From NCBI GenBank assembly GCA_007125545.1, contig SLDA01000221.1, positions 1 to 63,788 on the forward strand: a stretch of DNA of 63,788 bases, given 5' to 3'. Made by a program: the position numbers and the translations under genes. The DNA comes from Thermoflexales bacterium. GTDB lineage: Bacteria > Chloroflexota > Anaerolineae > B4-G1 > SLSP01. Below the pieces are notes generated by a model that was given only the letters and a program-made list of their open reading frames with translations, was not told the origin of the DNA and ran no database searches. The first letter of the stretch is position 1. Every line of letters starts with the position of its first letter. Below, one piece after another: positions 8,184 through 17,510 of this stretch.

Positions 8184-10805
8184 GTGAAGCGATCCGGCAA
8201 ACATTACTGCATTATTGCACTCCTTATCCTGGCAGCACTCACTGCCAGTTCCGCACGTGTGAAGGCACAGCCGAGAGCGATTAGCATCTACTATGTTGGA
8301 CCCCAGGACGCGATCTCGCGTGCGATTGACCTGGCCGATCCCTACATCGTGCGGGTCGACGATCCCGATCTCGCTCAAGTCATCGTCATTAACAATCCTT
8401 TGCTTACCGAGGGCGTTGCGCGTTCCTTACAGGAGTTGGGTGCTGACGCTCAGCAGGGGCGCATCGGGATGGTCATCTTCTGCGGCCCACTCTTCCCGCA
8501 GAATCCCCAGGACCTCCGTGACATCCTTGGAGTCAGCACCTTCGGTATGGAGCTTCACACGACGGCCTCGGACGTTCGTGCCTCCAACGTCGGCAACCCC
8601 TTGCAGCAAGCCATAGCCTGGAACTCCGCCCCCGAAGTCGCCGCGCGCACCGTCATCGCCAACCCCAACCTGCTGCAGCCGGTCGTGATAGCCTCTGACC
8701 GCGACAGCATCATTCAACGTGTACGCGGGCGTGACCGGGGACGGGCGACAACGCAGATGCAGACCTGGGTGGTTGGAGCATGGCTTGATCACCCTACTAA
8801 CAGTCGCTGGTCTCAGTGGGCTTACTTCAACTACCTCGTCTATCACTTGATCGCGGACGCAGCAGGTGCCTCGCCGATCCTGTCGTTTGCCGACTACCCA
8901 CACGCGCCAACTCCTCAGGGATCCGCCCGACTGATAATCGGTGGAGCCGGTGTGATAGTCATGCTAGTGGCCGGCCTCGCCTATACCACGACCCGCCGGC
9001 ATCTCTATCTCAGCGCAGATCTCACCCGGTCTTGGCGCCGTATGAGCCTGCTCTCCGATGGTAAGTCCGGTCCAGCGGCCGGACGCAGGGTAGGGCTTCA
9101 CCGTCCTCTGTCAGGGTTCCTCGCCTTCCTGCCGTGGAGCCTGACTCTTTTCCTACCCTTGACCATCTACAGCCTCTACCTAGCGCCCGATTTGCTGGGC
9201 ACCGGAACCGCGGGACTGGAAATGTGGGAGCAAGTAACCCGCTGGACCTTGATGGTGTGGGTTTTACTCGATGCTGGGACAGGCATCGCAGCAGTTCGTC
9301 ACTTCAGCGCTCACTTTGATCACACCCCCCGGCGTGCGGTTCGTTTCCTGCAATTCTACGTTTGGTGGCAGCTGCTCAGTGGCGCTGCGCAAGTAGGGGT
9401 AGTATGTCTCGCAGCCGCTGTTGTAATGCCGGCAATCGGAATGGCGCACCTCACCTATGCAATCCTGGCGCGGGCGGTGCTGCAAGTACCGGGGTTTCTC
9501 GGCGTCTTCGCCCTGACCTTCAGGGCGCGGCAGAGATTTGCATCGGAGCAGTTCCTCAATCTGCTCTATATCGCCAGCGTGCCTAGCTTCCAGACCGGAT
9601 TGGTTCTGCTCTTCCGCTCGTGGGTTGGGGGACATCCGGAGACAACGCAGGGCATTGCCGTGCTACTTGGGCTGGCCGGCGGTATACTGCTGGCCGAAGG
9701 CCTTGCCTTTGGCGTGGGCGCCTATCTTCACCGGCGTGATGGTCAGGCATTGACCGCGATATTTCTGCCCACCTTTGACAGCCGGACTGTCTCCGAAGCG
9801 CTGAAATTCGGTATTCCCTGGGCAATCGGCGCAGCTATCCCGGCGACCACGGCGCTATTACAGACTCAATGGGCGTCTACCTTCCTCGGCGGCGCTCTGA
9901 TACCTGCAGACTTAAGCATACAGAGTTGGCAAGCTCTCATTCTGCTCACCACCGCTTTTGAAATACTGCTCACGGGTTTCTTTCACGACCTCATGCCTGC
10001 GCTGACAGAAGCGGCCGCATTACAGACGAGAACACTGCTCCGTTACTATGTCAGCCAGGGCGTGCGCTATGGAGCGTGGTTTAGCCTCTTTCTCTTCGCG
10101 GCTCTTAGCGCATTCGGAGTCTCGATGCTGCCGAACGCCCTTACCACACGCTATCCCGATGCGTGGATCTGGTTGATACCGGTTCTGGGTTGGGGCGCGC
10201 TCCGATGGATGGTCTGGCTACCTGATCGAATGCTGGAAGCTGCCGGACGCCCTGAGCTCATTGTTGCTCTCACGTTAGTTGAGCATACCGTCCGTATTGG
10301 CAGCGCGCTCTTCCTTACACCCCGCTGGGGAATGGGGGGGGTGCTTGTCGCTTACCTGGTGGCCCTTCTTTTGCGCTCCGCGCTCGGCCGTATCGCAGCA
10401 GGACACCTACTTATCCACGGTCGTCTCTATATCTGGCAAGGCCTGTTGAGTCCCGCGGTTGCCGCTGGGATCCTTTACTACCTTCTGAGCAGCGTCCAAG
10501 GACTGCGGATCGGGACCACAGGCGAAGCCTCCATGTTGGGCACTATCGCGCTACTCCTGCTCTCGATGCCGGTCTACGCTTTCTTCACGGCGCTCTTAGG
10601 CGGCTGGGATTATGGAAGCCTGACTGATCTACGAAGGGCAACGGGGCTAAGCGGCGTCGGCTACCCGTACGCATGGATAATGCTGCAAGCCGTCCGTCTT
10701 GGCGCCTACATATCCCCGCTACACGGGCGCTTTCCCGTCGGGCTGCACTCCTTAGCTCAAGAGGAGGCACTGACTGTGACCGCAGTCGTGGAACGCGATT
10801 CCTGA
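8184..10805 (+). CDS. Large polytopic membrane protein: signal peptide, about 240-aa extracytoplasmic domain, then a multi-TM region resembling MOP/Wzx-type polysaccharide exporters
   Basis: GTG start. N-terminal signal (ALLILAALTASSARVKA), a soluble domain, then many hydrophobic helices. The C-terminal part resembles polysaccharide-biosynthesis (flippase) C-terminal regions. Family not firmly recognised. Confidence 0.55.
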   Translation: MKRSGKHYCIIALLILAALTASSARVKAQPRAISIYYVGPQDAISRAIDLADPYIVRVDDPDLAQVIVINNPLLTEGVARSLQELGADAQQGRIGMVIFCGPLFPQNPQDLRDILGVSTFGMELHTTASDVRASNVGNPLQQAIAWNSAPEVAARTVIANPNLLQPVVIASDRDSIIQRVRGRDRGRATTQMQTWVVGAWLDHPTNSRWSQWAYFNYLVYHLIADAAGASPILSFADYPHAPTPQGSARLIIGGAGVIVMLVAGLAYTTTRRHLYLSADLTRSWRRMSLLSDGKSGPAAGRRVGLHRPLSGFLAFLPWSLTLFLPLTIYSLYLAPDLLGTGTAGLEMWEQVTRWTLMVWVLLDAGTGIAAVRHFSAHFDHTPRRAVRFLQFYVWWQLLSGAAQVGVVCLAAAVVMPAIGMAHLTYAILARAVLQVPGFLGVFALTFRARQRFASEQFLNLLYIASVPSFQTGLVLLFRSWVGGHPETTQGIAVLLGLAGGILLAEGLAFGVGAYLHRRDGQALTAIFLPTFDSRTVSEALKFGIPWAIGAAIPATTALLQTQWASTFLGGALIPADLSIQSWQALILLTTAFEILLTGFFHDLMPALTEAAALQTRTLLRYYVSQGVRYGAWFSLFLFAALSAFGVSMLPNALTTRYPDAWIWLIPVLGWGALRWMVWLPDRMLEAAGRPELIVALTLVEHTVRIGSALFLTPRWGMGGVLVAYLVALLLRSALGRIAAGHLLIHGRLYIWQGLLSPAVAAGILYYLLSSVQGLRIGTTGEASMLGTIALLLLSMPVYAFFTALLGGWDYGSLTDLRRATGLSGVGYPYAWIMLQAVRLGAYISPLHGRFPVGLHSLAQEEALTVTAVVERDS

Positions 10806-10876
10806 CCTTTACACACATCGTACCTGGGGCATAATGGGGTTGGTCGCCATCACATTGCAGCAGAAAGGAACCCACC

Positions 10877-12160
10877 ATGGGGAATCGAAGAAGGTCGATC
10901 GTCATCATCGTTTTACTGGTGCTCTTCTCGCTGGCTTGTCGCCCTCTATTGAGTACGCCCGAACCGACCTCCGAGCCTACCCTCGTGCCGGCAGAACCGA
11001 CGGTCGAGGCAGCAGCCGCCGAGGCAACCGCTACGCCACCGAACCTAGAGGCGACGACGGCGCCACCCACCGCCACCCCCCGGCTCAAGGGAAGCGGGCT
11101 CGAAATCATTAACGATACGGATCAGGACATCTGGTATCTCTATGTTTCGCCGACCGACCATGACGAATGGGGCGATGATCGCTTGGGAGGAGACATCATT
11201 CCCGCGGGTGGATCGTACACAGTAACCGGTATTCCCAACGGAGAGTATGACGTTCAGGCGCGGGATGCCTACGATGATAGCATTCAGACTACCTGGAGCC
11301 TAGAGATTACCGGCGACACGGTGTGGTGGGTGACCGCCAGATCTGTGCTGGAGATTATGAACTCCTCTGCCAACGAGATCGGTATGCTTTACCTTTCTCC
11401 TGTTGAAAGTGAGACCTGGGGTTGGGACATCTTGGCCGGGGATATCATTGAGGTGCACGGATCGTACTTTGTTCACGACGTCGAACCCGGCTATTACGAT
11501 ATCCGCGTGGAAGATATCGATGAAAATCTGATCGAGGTGGTCTATGATGTCTACCTGGACGGCGATCATTTCTGGAATGTGGTGGGTATGGCAGATCTCC
11601 CTCCCACTGCCGTCTTGCGGTTTGAGGAAGATTTTTCCGACAACCGAAATAATTGGGGTCTGAGCAGCCCACCCGGAGCCGTTTTTAGCCCACCCGCGAA
11701 TGGTGAGTTTTGCATCGAGGTTGTCGACATGCATATCACGGCTTGGGAGTGGTACGAACCCTTCCGTCCCGACCAGTTCGTTGCCGAGGTGAGCTGCGTT
11801 GTAGATGCTTTCACCGACGCCAGTTGTGGCCTCGGCTTCGGACCTGATGGTGACAATCTCTACTGGTTCGAGATCTCGCCCAACGATCAGAGTTTTGCCC
11901 TCTTCCTGCTACGCGATGCTGAGTGGCAGCCCGCATTGATCGAATGGACAATCTCCAAGAACATTTCTCCAGACGGGTGGAACTATCTGAGCCTGGAGCG
12001 TGTTAACGGCGTCGTTTCGGTCTTCATCAATGGCGTGCTTCAGGGCGAAATAGCCAGTAACCATTTCCCCACCGGACGGGTAGGTCTGGGTGGGTCGACC
12101 TATGACCAGGCGAATGTGACTATTTGTATGGACGATCTCCGAGTCTGGCGCATAGAGTAG
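10877..12160 (+). CDS. Secreted lipoprotein with two tandem internal repeats and a C-terminal lectin/LamG-like domain
   Basis: Lipobox-like LFSLAC, a Pro/Thr/Glu linker, two about 80-aa repeats (LEIINDTDQDIWYLYVSP... / LEIMNSSANEIGMLYLSP...), and a beta-rich C-terminal domain ending DDLRVWRIE. Confidence 0.6.
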   Translation: MGNRRRSIVIIVLLVLFSLACRPLLSTPEPTSEPTLVPAEPTVEAAAAEATATPPNLEATTAPPTATPRLKGSGLEIINDTDQDIWYLYVSPTDHDEWGDDRLGGDIIPAGGSYTVTGIPNGEYDVQARDAYDDSIQTTWSLEITGDTVWWVTARSVLEIMNSSANEIGMLYLSPVESETWGWDILAGDIIEVHGSYFVHDVEPGYYDIRVEDIDENLIEVVYDVYLDGDHFWNVVGMADLPPTAVLRFEEDFSDNRNNWGLSSPPGAVFSPPANGEFCIEVVDMHITAWEWYEPFRPDQFVAEVSCVVDAFTDASCGLGFGPDGDNLYWFEISPNDQSFALFLLRDAEWQPALIEWTISKNISPDGWNYLSLERVNGVVSVFINGVLQGEIASNHFPTGRVGLGGSTYDQANVTICMDDLRVWRIE

Positions 12161-12182
12161 ATACAACCCGGCTCTCCAACGA

Positions 12183-12229
12183 CAAACGTGAGCCGCCAGT
12201 AGAGAGATACCGGCGGCTCACGTTTGTTT
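12183..12229. terminator. Hairpin terminator between convergent genes
   Basis: Perfect 15-bp stem CAAACGTGAGCCGCC (12183-12197) / GGCGGCTCACGTTTG (12212-12226) followed by TTT. Confidence 0.7.
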
Positions 12230-12251
12230 GGCCTGATCTTACACGGTCGCA

Positions 12252-12677
12252 CTAAGAGCCAGCGGCGGTATGACTACGCCACACCGTGACTCGCTCCCCC
12301 TCCACTCGCACGCGATCGCCCATTTGTATTCGTTCGATAGGCACCCGATCCACCATCGGTATGCCGCTGATAATCGCCCCTACCGCCACGATAGGCTCGC
12401 TTTCCGCATTGATGATAGCGGCAGGTGCCACACCATTGACGGCTAGCTGGTAGAGGATGTAGGAGCCAACCGTGCTCCCTTTGCCAGTGGGGAAGACCAG
12501 GATCTTGCCCGCCACACACATGCCTTCAAGCGGGTGCCCACGTTCGGTCACCCGCCCCGTCTCACCATCAACCCCGCCCAAGAACCCAATAGGCACAAGA
12601 GATACAAGTGCCTCACCTTCGACGGCGCCGGCCTTGATTAAGCGAGCGGAAAAGATCTGTGCACACCTCGTGTCCAC
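12252..12677 (-). CDS. Aconitase X swivel-domain small subunit (DUF126)
   Basis: GEALVS..P.GFLGGVD..TG.V......L.G....GKILVFP.GKGSTVGSY.LY.L...G.AP.AII pattern. GTG start at 12677 overlaps the TAG of the upstream large subunit by 1 nt; the longer ORF extension overlaps that gene. Confidence 0.75.
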   Translation of the reverse strand: MDTRCAQIFSARLIKAGAVEGEALVSLVPIGFLGGVDGETGRVTERGHPLEGMCVAGKILVFPTGKGSTVGSYILYQLAVNGVAPAAIINAESEPIVAVGAIISGIPMVDRVPIERIQMGDRVRVEGERVTVWRSHTAAGS

Positions 12678-13915
12678 TATGAGAGGCTCCCCGGCATAGT
12701 CCCCGTGACCGCAGCCTGCACACACTCTGTGAGCGGTGCAAAACTCGCGGCCACGCGAGCCAGATTCCGCAAGTAATAGGCGCCCTTGGCAGATGAGGTG
12801 GCGACCGCTCCAAAGCCCAACTCTCGCACCGGGGCGATCGCCATACAGGCATCCGCGAACACACGCCCCCCGGCACCGGTGATGACGTCGAGTAGGCCCT
12901 GCCGCGCCGCGAGCTCGCGTACGGGTCGGGCACACGTCACCCACAGCGGAATCGCTAGCTGCTCTCCCCGCAGCTGCTCGGCCACATCCCGGATCTCCGC
13001 AAGCGACGCATGAGGGCAGCCAATCCAAACCAAGTCGATGCGCGCAATGTCATCACTAAGCGCTGCGTAGCCCGTCGCAAACTCTTCGACCGTGAGGATT
13101 GGAAGCTCCACGGGTGGCGCGGACGAGGCTGGGGCCTCTGGAGTGATTCCGGGAACGTGATACAGCGCAACCGCACCCGTAGCAGCCATCGCAGCACCGA
13201 GCGCCTTGAGCTTCTCTTCGCACACCGGATCCGTGGCTTCCAGATCGAGTCCGACAAAATAGGGAACGGCGTTGTGAGCCCGCAAACCGACGAGCGCGCC
13301 AAGCGCACTGAAGTCGGATATGGTCGCCGGCTGCCCGAGTACCTCGACCCGCAAGGTCGCCTGCCGGTGCTCATCCAGATGCAGGCCATAGGCACCGGTC
13401 CGCCCGGTTAGCGCCGATGCGATCGCACCGGGCCCACCTTCTCGATTGGTACGCGCCCCCAGCACGCTGTTGGCGAAGGTCACCGCCGAAGACTCGGCCC
13501 AGGCGATGTGCGCGCCCGGCCCAGGGCGATTGCCGATCAAATAGGGGGTGCACGTTGGATCCGGCTTCCCCCCTTCCACGCCCATACGCACGAAAGCATC
13601 GACGACTTCTCGCTGTCTGTCGGCGAAGACGGCATCGAAGCCCTGCATGTCCCAATCGGCCATATCCATCGCCGTCGGGTTGAGGGTGGTGGGGACGCGC
13701 ACGCGGGCACCTTCGCCGGCCCAGCGCCGCAGAAAGTCGAGCCCGGCATCTCCTATGTTGCGATAGGAAACTCCCGAAATCTGCACGCTCTCAACAGGCA
13801 CCAACCGTTCCGCGCCGTAAATGGTGCCGAGCGCGACCACGATCTCCATAGCGCGGCGCAGCGCCGGGCCCTCGTTCCCGGCCAGCCAGCTTTGTTCTAC
13901 AGTGGTCAAATCCAT
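12677..13915 (-). CDS. Aconitase X catalytic large subunit (DUF521)
   Basis: N-terminus MDLTTVEQSWLAGNEGPALRRAMEIVVALG...VESVQISGVSY is typical of AcnX/DUF521. Start could also be the ATG at 13933. Confidence 0.8.
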   Translation of the reverse strand: MDLTTVEQSWLAGNEGPALRRAMEIVVALGTIYGAERLVPVESVQISGVSYRNIGDAGLDFLRRWAGEGARVRVPTTLNPTAMDMADWDMQGFDAVFADRQREVVDAFVRMGVEGGKPDPTCTPYLIGNRPGPGAHIAWAESSAVTFANSVLGARTNREGGPGAIASALTGRTGAYGLHLDEHRQATLRVEVLGQPATISDFSALGALVGLRAHNAVPYFVGLDLEATDPVCEEKLKALGAAMAATGAVALYHVPGITPEAPASSAPPVELPILTVEEFATGYAALSDDIARIDLVWIGCPHASLAEIRDVAEQLRGEQLAIPLWVTCARPVRELAARQGLLDVITGAGGRVFADACMAIAPVRELGFGAVATSSAKGAYYLRNLARVAASFAPLTECVQAAVTGTMPGSLS

Positions 13916-14163
13916 ACAGTGATTGTAGCGCAAGGCATGGAGGTGTAAAGGAAATCTGGTGATACTGGCTATGTATGGTAATATGGAAGCATGCGCCGCA
14001 CAATTGATGACGCCAAACCTAACACTGCGGATCGCGGTGCAGGACCCTTAGCCGGACGACGTAGTACCGCAAAAGCCGCATCTCTGCTCCCGGGGTGGCA
14101 TACCGGCCCTTTCAACGACGCGTATGCCTGGTTCGCAAGAGCAGTTTGGGCCAACAGGCCAGT

Positions 14164-14757
14164 ATGAGCACCCCCGAGCCTCAACCGCTGGGTGTTGCCC
14201 AGCCTACACCGCGTAGAAGCCCTCTCAAGTTGGCAATACTTGTGACCTTGGCTGTGATCCTGGTCGCGGCCTTTCTGCTGCGCGACCAGCTGAATGTTGC
14301 GTGGTTCAGGACTTTGGGCTACGCTGGTGTCTTTCTGATGGCGCTGATCGGCAGCTCCACCGTTCTGCTTCCAATTCCCCATCTGGCCTTCACCTTCACC
14401 ATGGGAGCTGTTCTTAATCCCTGGCTGACAGGGCTTTCTGCAGGTATCGGCGATGCCTTGGGCGAGATCACGGGCTATATGGCGGGCTACGCGGTCGAGG
14501 ATATGGTGGCGCAGAAGAAGCTTTATGTCAAGTTAAAGAGCTACATGGAGCGCAACGGCGACATCACCATCTTTGTCCTCTCACTCTTCCCCGTGCCTTT
14601 CTTCGATCTCGCCGCCATGGCAGGCGGGATGGTTGGCTATCCCCTGTGGCGCTTCATGTTAGCGACCTTCGCGGGGAAAACGATCAAGGCATGCATCGCC
14701 GCGTGGGCTGGATCCATGGGCGTCGCTTGGATTGCCGACCTGCTGCGAGTTGAGTGA
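14164..14757 (+). CDS. Small multi-pass membrane protein, VTT/DedA-YqaA-like
   Basis: About 4-5 predicted helices with LLPIPHLAF and GIGDALGEITGYMAGY segments. Start placed at ATG 14164 (MSTPEP...). Confidence 0.6.
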   Translation: MSTPEPQPLGVAQPTPRRSPLKLAILVTLAVILVAAFLLRDQLNVAWFRTLGYAGVFLMALIGSSTVLLPIPHLAFTFTMGAVLNPWLTGLSAGIGDALGEITGYMAGYAVEDMVAQKKLYVKLKSYMERNGDITIFVLSLFPVPFFDLAAMAGGMVGYPLWRFMLATFAGKTIKACIAAWAGSMGVAWIADLLRVE

Positions 14758-14759
14758 AT

Positions 14760-15551
14760 CTAGCTGGAGGCGCTGGCATAGCGGCGCAACCCGGTTCGGA
14801 ATAGCACCGTGGCAGCCACGAAAAGTGCCGCTGCGAAGGCCACACTGCCTACGAGCATCGCGCCGGAGAGCCCTCCGACAAGAGCCTGAGCAGGCACGGT
14901 CGTCATGATGCCGACCGGTATGATCCACGTTAGCACCAACCGCAACCAACCTGGGTACAGCCCAACCGGGTAGCGTGCCATCTGAAAGAAGGCGTTGAAC
15001 AACCATGTGAACAGAAACCCAGGGCTCCAGAAGACCAGGCCCGCAAAACCGAGGAGCAGCGCATAGAGGATAATCACGGCAACAAACAGCGTTAATAGGA
15101 ACGTTGCGAGGCTCCCAAGGGTCAGCGTCCGTCCCAACTGCACGACTGCAAAGACCAACACGCCACCGCTCATCAGCAAGTCAAGAATTACCAGAGGCTG
15201 CCAGTGCCGGATACTGGCAAGGAATTGCACGTCGACGGGCCGAAGGAGTGTGAAATCGAAGGTCCCCGTCCAGATCTCGCCGTCCAATCCGGCGAGAGCC
15301 TCCAGACTGGGCCCGATGAACAGACGTCGCAGTGCAGCCAACGTCAGATAGGTGCCGAGAAGAGCCAGCGTCGAGGTCAGCGTCCAGCCGTGGATGGCCT
15401 CTACCTGGCTGAAGAGGACCACAATGGCGAGAACACCGGTACCGAAGCTGAGCAGTGAGTGCAGCAAGCTAATCCAGAAGTTGACGCGATAGGCCAGCGC
15501 GTTCTCGATCGCGATGCCGACAAACGACCCGATAAGTCTTAGATGGCGCAC
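14760..15551 (-). CDS. ABC-2 type transporter permease
   Basis: 263-aa six-helix protein at the end of an ABC operon. It is the same length as the adjacent permease and similar in layout. Confidence 0.7.
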   Translation of the reverse strand: MRHLRLIGSFVGIAIENALAYRVNFWISLLHSLLSFGTGVLAIVVLFSQVEAIHGWTLTSTLALLGTYLTLAALRRLFIGPSLEALAGLDGEIWTGTFDFTLLRPVDVQFLASIRHWQPLVILDLLMSGGVLVFAVVQLGRTLTLGSLATFLLTLFVAVIILYALLLGFAGLVFWSPGFLFTWLFNAFFQMARYPVGLYPGWLRLVLTWIIPVGIMTTVPAQALVGGLSGAMLVGSVAFAAALFVAATVLFRTGLRRYASASS

Positions 15552-15576
15552 ACTTTCCTCCTTCTGAGTAGGACCC

Positions 15577-16368
15577 TCATCCGCCCACCGCCGAGTAGCG
15601 TTTCATACCTGCTCGCCAAATCGTCAGGAATGCTATAAGTGCCAGGGCGAGCCAGCATGCCTGGAGCACGAAGCCACGAACGACCTCCGCCTGGCCCAGA
15701 CTTCCCATCAAGACCTCGACCGGGAAGCCGAGCATATAACGAAAGGGCAGCACAACAGACGCGCTCTGCAGAGCGCCCGGGAGCAGAACTGTGGGCGCCA
15801 CCTGTCCGGCGAGCAGGAAGATAAACGCGTCTTGAAGTGCGACCAACGCATCAGCCCGCGTTGCCCAGAAGGCGAGGAGCGCCAGGGCATAGCCCCAGAT
15901 GAAGCGTAGGGCCCAAGCCATCGCCAGCGCCGGCACAAACGCCAGTCCGTTCCCGAGCGTGATCTGAAGCTCCGGGCGCAAGACAAACGCCAGAATGGTC
16001 GTGACGGGAATCACAAAGGTCATGAAGACGACGCGTCCCGCTATCTCGCTAGCAAGTGTGTCGAAGAAGGGCGAGAGCGGGCGCAGCAACTGGCCACTCA
16101 AGTAACCGTACCGAATCATGTCGCCCACGGTCCAATTCGAAGTGGCGTAAGTGAGTTGATTAACCAGAATCAGGATCAGATAGTAGGCGACGAACTCGCC
16201 GCGCGTCATCCCGACCACTGTGCCTGCCCCCGCCGCCGTCGACCACACGAAGAGGTAGATCAGGGGCGAGATCATCCAGCCGAATGCCAGCAGAAAGAAG
16301 AAGCTGCGTTCCTGCAGCCAGCTCAACCATGTTCTCTTGATGAGGGCCCAAGCTCCCCGCAGGTTCAT
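15577..16368 (-). CDS. ABC-2 type transporter permease
   Basis: 263-aa polytopic protein. Its start overlaps the stop of the ATPase gene by 4 nt. Confidence 0.7.
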   Translation of the reverse strand: MNLRGAWALIKRTWLSWLQERSFFFLLAFGWMISPLIYLFVWSTAAGAGTVVGMTRGEFVAYYLILILVNQLTYATSNWTVGDMIRYGYLSGQLLRPLSPFFDTLASEIAGRVVFMTFVIPVTTILAFVLRPELQITLGNGLAFVPALAMAWALRFIWGYALALLAFWATRADALVALQDAFIFLLAGQVAPTVLLPGALQSASVVLPFRYMLGFPVEVLMGSLGQAEVVRGFVLQACWLALALIAFLTIWRAGMKRYSAVGG

Positions 16369-17375
16369 AGAGTCTCCTCCAGATTCACCGCCCCATCTCC
16401 ATAGATCTGATCGATGACCGCCTCGATCGGCGGATCCTCGACGGAGAGATCCAGGACCGGGAGCGTATTGAGTAGTTTCGCGGTGATGCCGGGCGCGTCA
16501 TCGTGTCCGACTCGGAGAGTCAGTTGACCGTTGTCTCGCTGCAACAGTTCGACACCGGTCGGAAGCTGCGGGTCGGCGCCGGCGGACATATGTCCGTTGC
16601 CAAGACTAACCTTGATCAACTTGAAAGGGGCGAGTTTCCGCGCCAAACCGCTCAGCGCACCATCGTAGAGCAAGCATCCGTGATGAATCAGGATAACCCG
16701 GGCACAGAGGGCTACCACATCGGCCATGTAGTGACTGGTCAAGATCATAGTGACGCCACGGCGCAGATTGTACTCAGCGAGGAAGCGACGCAGCCGGGTC
16801 TGCATTGAAACGTCGAGTCCGAGCGTGGGTTCGTCCAGGAAGAGGACGTCGGGCCGGTGCAATAAGCCCGCAACCAGCTCGCACTTCATTCGCTCTCCTA
16901 ATGAGAGGTTGCGCGTGGGCTTGTGAAGCAGATCCTCCATATCCAGCAGTGCGACCAACTCATCTAACGTCTCGCGGAACTCTAAGAGCGGTACGTTGTA
17001 AATCTCGCCCAGCACGCGGAAGCTGTCGACCGGCGGGATATCCCACAGGATTTGGCTCTTGTTACCCAATACCATGCTGATACGGCGCAGGTAAGCCGGT
17101 TTGCGTTCCCACGGCACAGCCCCGATCACCCGGGCCCCACCGGAACTGGGGTGCAGGAGGCCCGAAAGCATCTTGAGCGTCGTCGTCTTGCCCGCACCGT
17201 TGGGGCCGATGAAGCCCACCACCTCACCCGTTTCGACAATGAAGCTGATGTCGCGCACCGCCTCAACTTCCCGGTGTTTCCGCCGGAACAGACTCTTCAG
17301 AGCTGCGCCCAAGCCGGGCTCACGTTCCGGAACGCGATAGGTCTTCGATAGATTCTCGACAACGATCTGCGGCAT
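16365..17375 (-). CDS. ABC transporter ATP-binding protein
   Basis: Walker A GPNGAGKTT, signature LSLGERMK, Walker B VLFLDEPT. Confidence 0.9.
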   Translation of the reverse strand: MPQIVVENLSKTYRVPEREPGLGAALKSLFRRKHREVEAVRDISFIVETGEVVGFIGPNGAGKTTTLKMLSGLLHPSSGGARVIGAVPWERKPAYLRRISMVLGNKSQILWDIPPVDSFRVLGEIYNVPLLEFRETLDELVALLDMEDLLHKPTRNLSLGERMKCELVAGLLHRPDVLFLDEPTLGLDVSMQTRLRRFLAEYNLRRGVTMILTSHYMADVVALCARVILIHHGCLLYDGALSGLARKLAPFKLIKVSLGNGHMSAGADPQLPTGVELLQRDNGQLTLRVGHDDAPGITAKLLNTLPVLDLSVEDPPIEAVIDQIYGDGAVNLEETL

Positions 17376-17482
17376 GTGTCCTCCTTTTTTTATGCAATTC
17401 CTTGTCCTCGTCGAGAGCCACAGTCCGGGTTTCAGTGTATGATGATAGGGTAAGGACCCGTCTCTGAACTCTATCTACATCT

Positions 17483-17510
17483 TACAACCTTGGTGTGAAG
17501 ATGGAGGGTT
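17483..17510 (-). promoter_or_regulatory. Conserved 28-nt box (copy A) abutting a -10-like TAAGAT, upstream of the ABC-2 operon
   Basis: Plus-strand TACAACCTTGG-N7-ATGGAGGGTT. Both flanks are identical to 20037-20064 with the same spacer length. On the minus strand it reads AACCCT-N13-AAGGTT followed directly by GTAAGAT. Confidence 0.5.

Noticed and set aside
12678-13028. N-terminal 117 codons of the 258-aa ORF 12252..13028
   Set aside because: The extension overlaps the 3' end of the AcnX large-subunit gene in another frame and is Arg/Gly/Cys-rich. A GTG at 12677 gives a small subunit of normal size with a 1-nt stop/start overlap.
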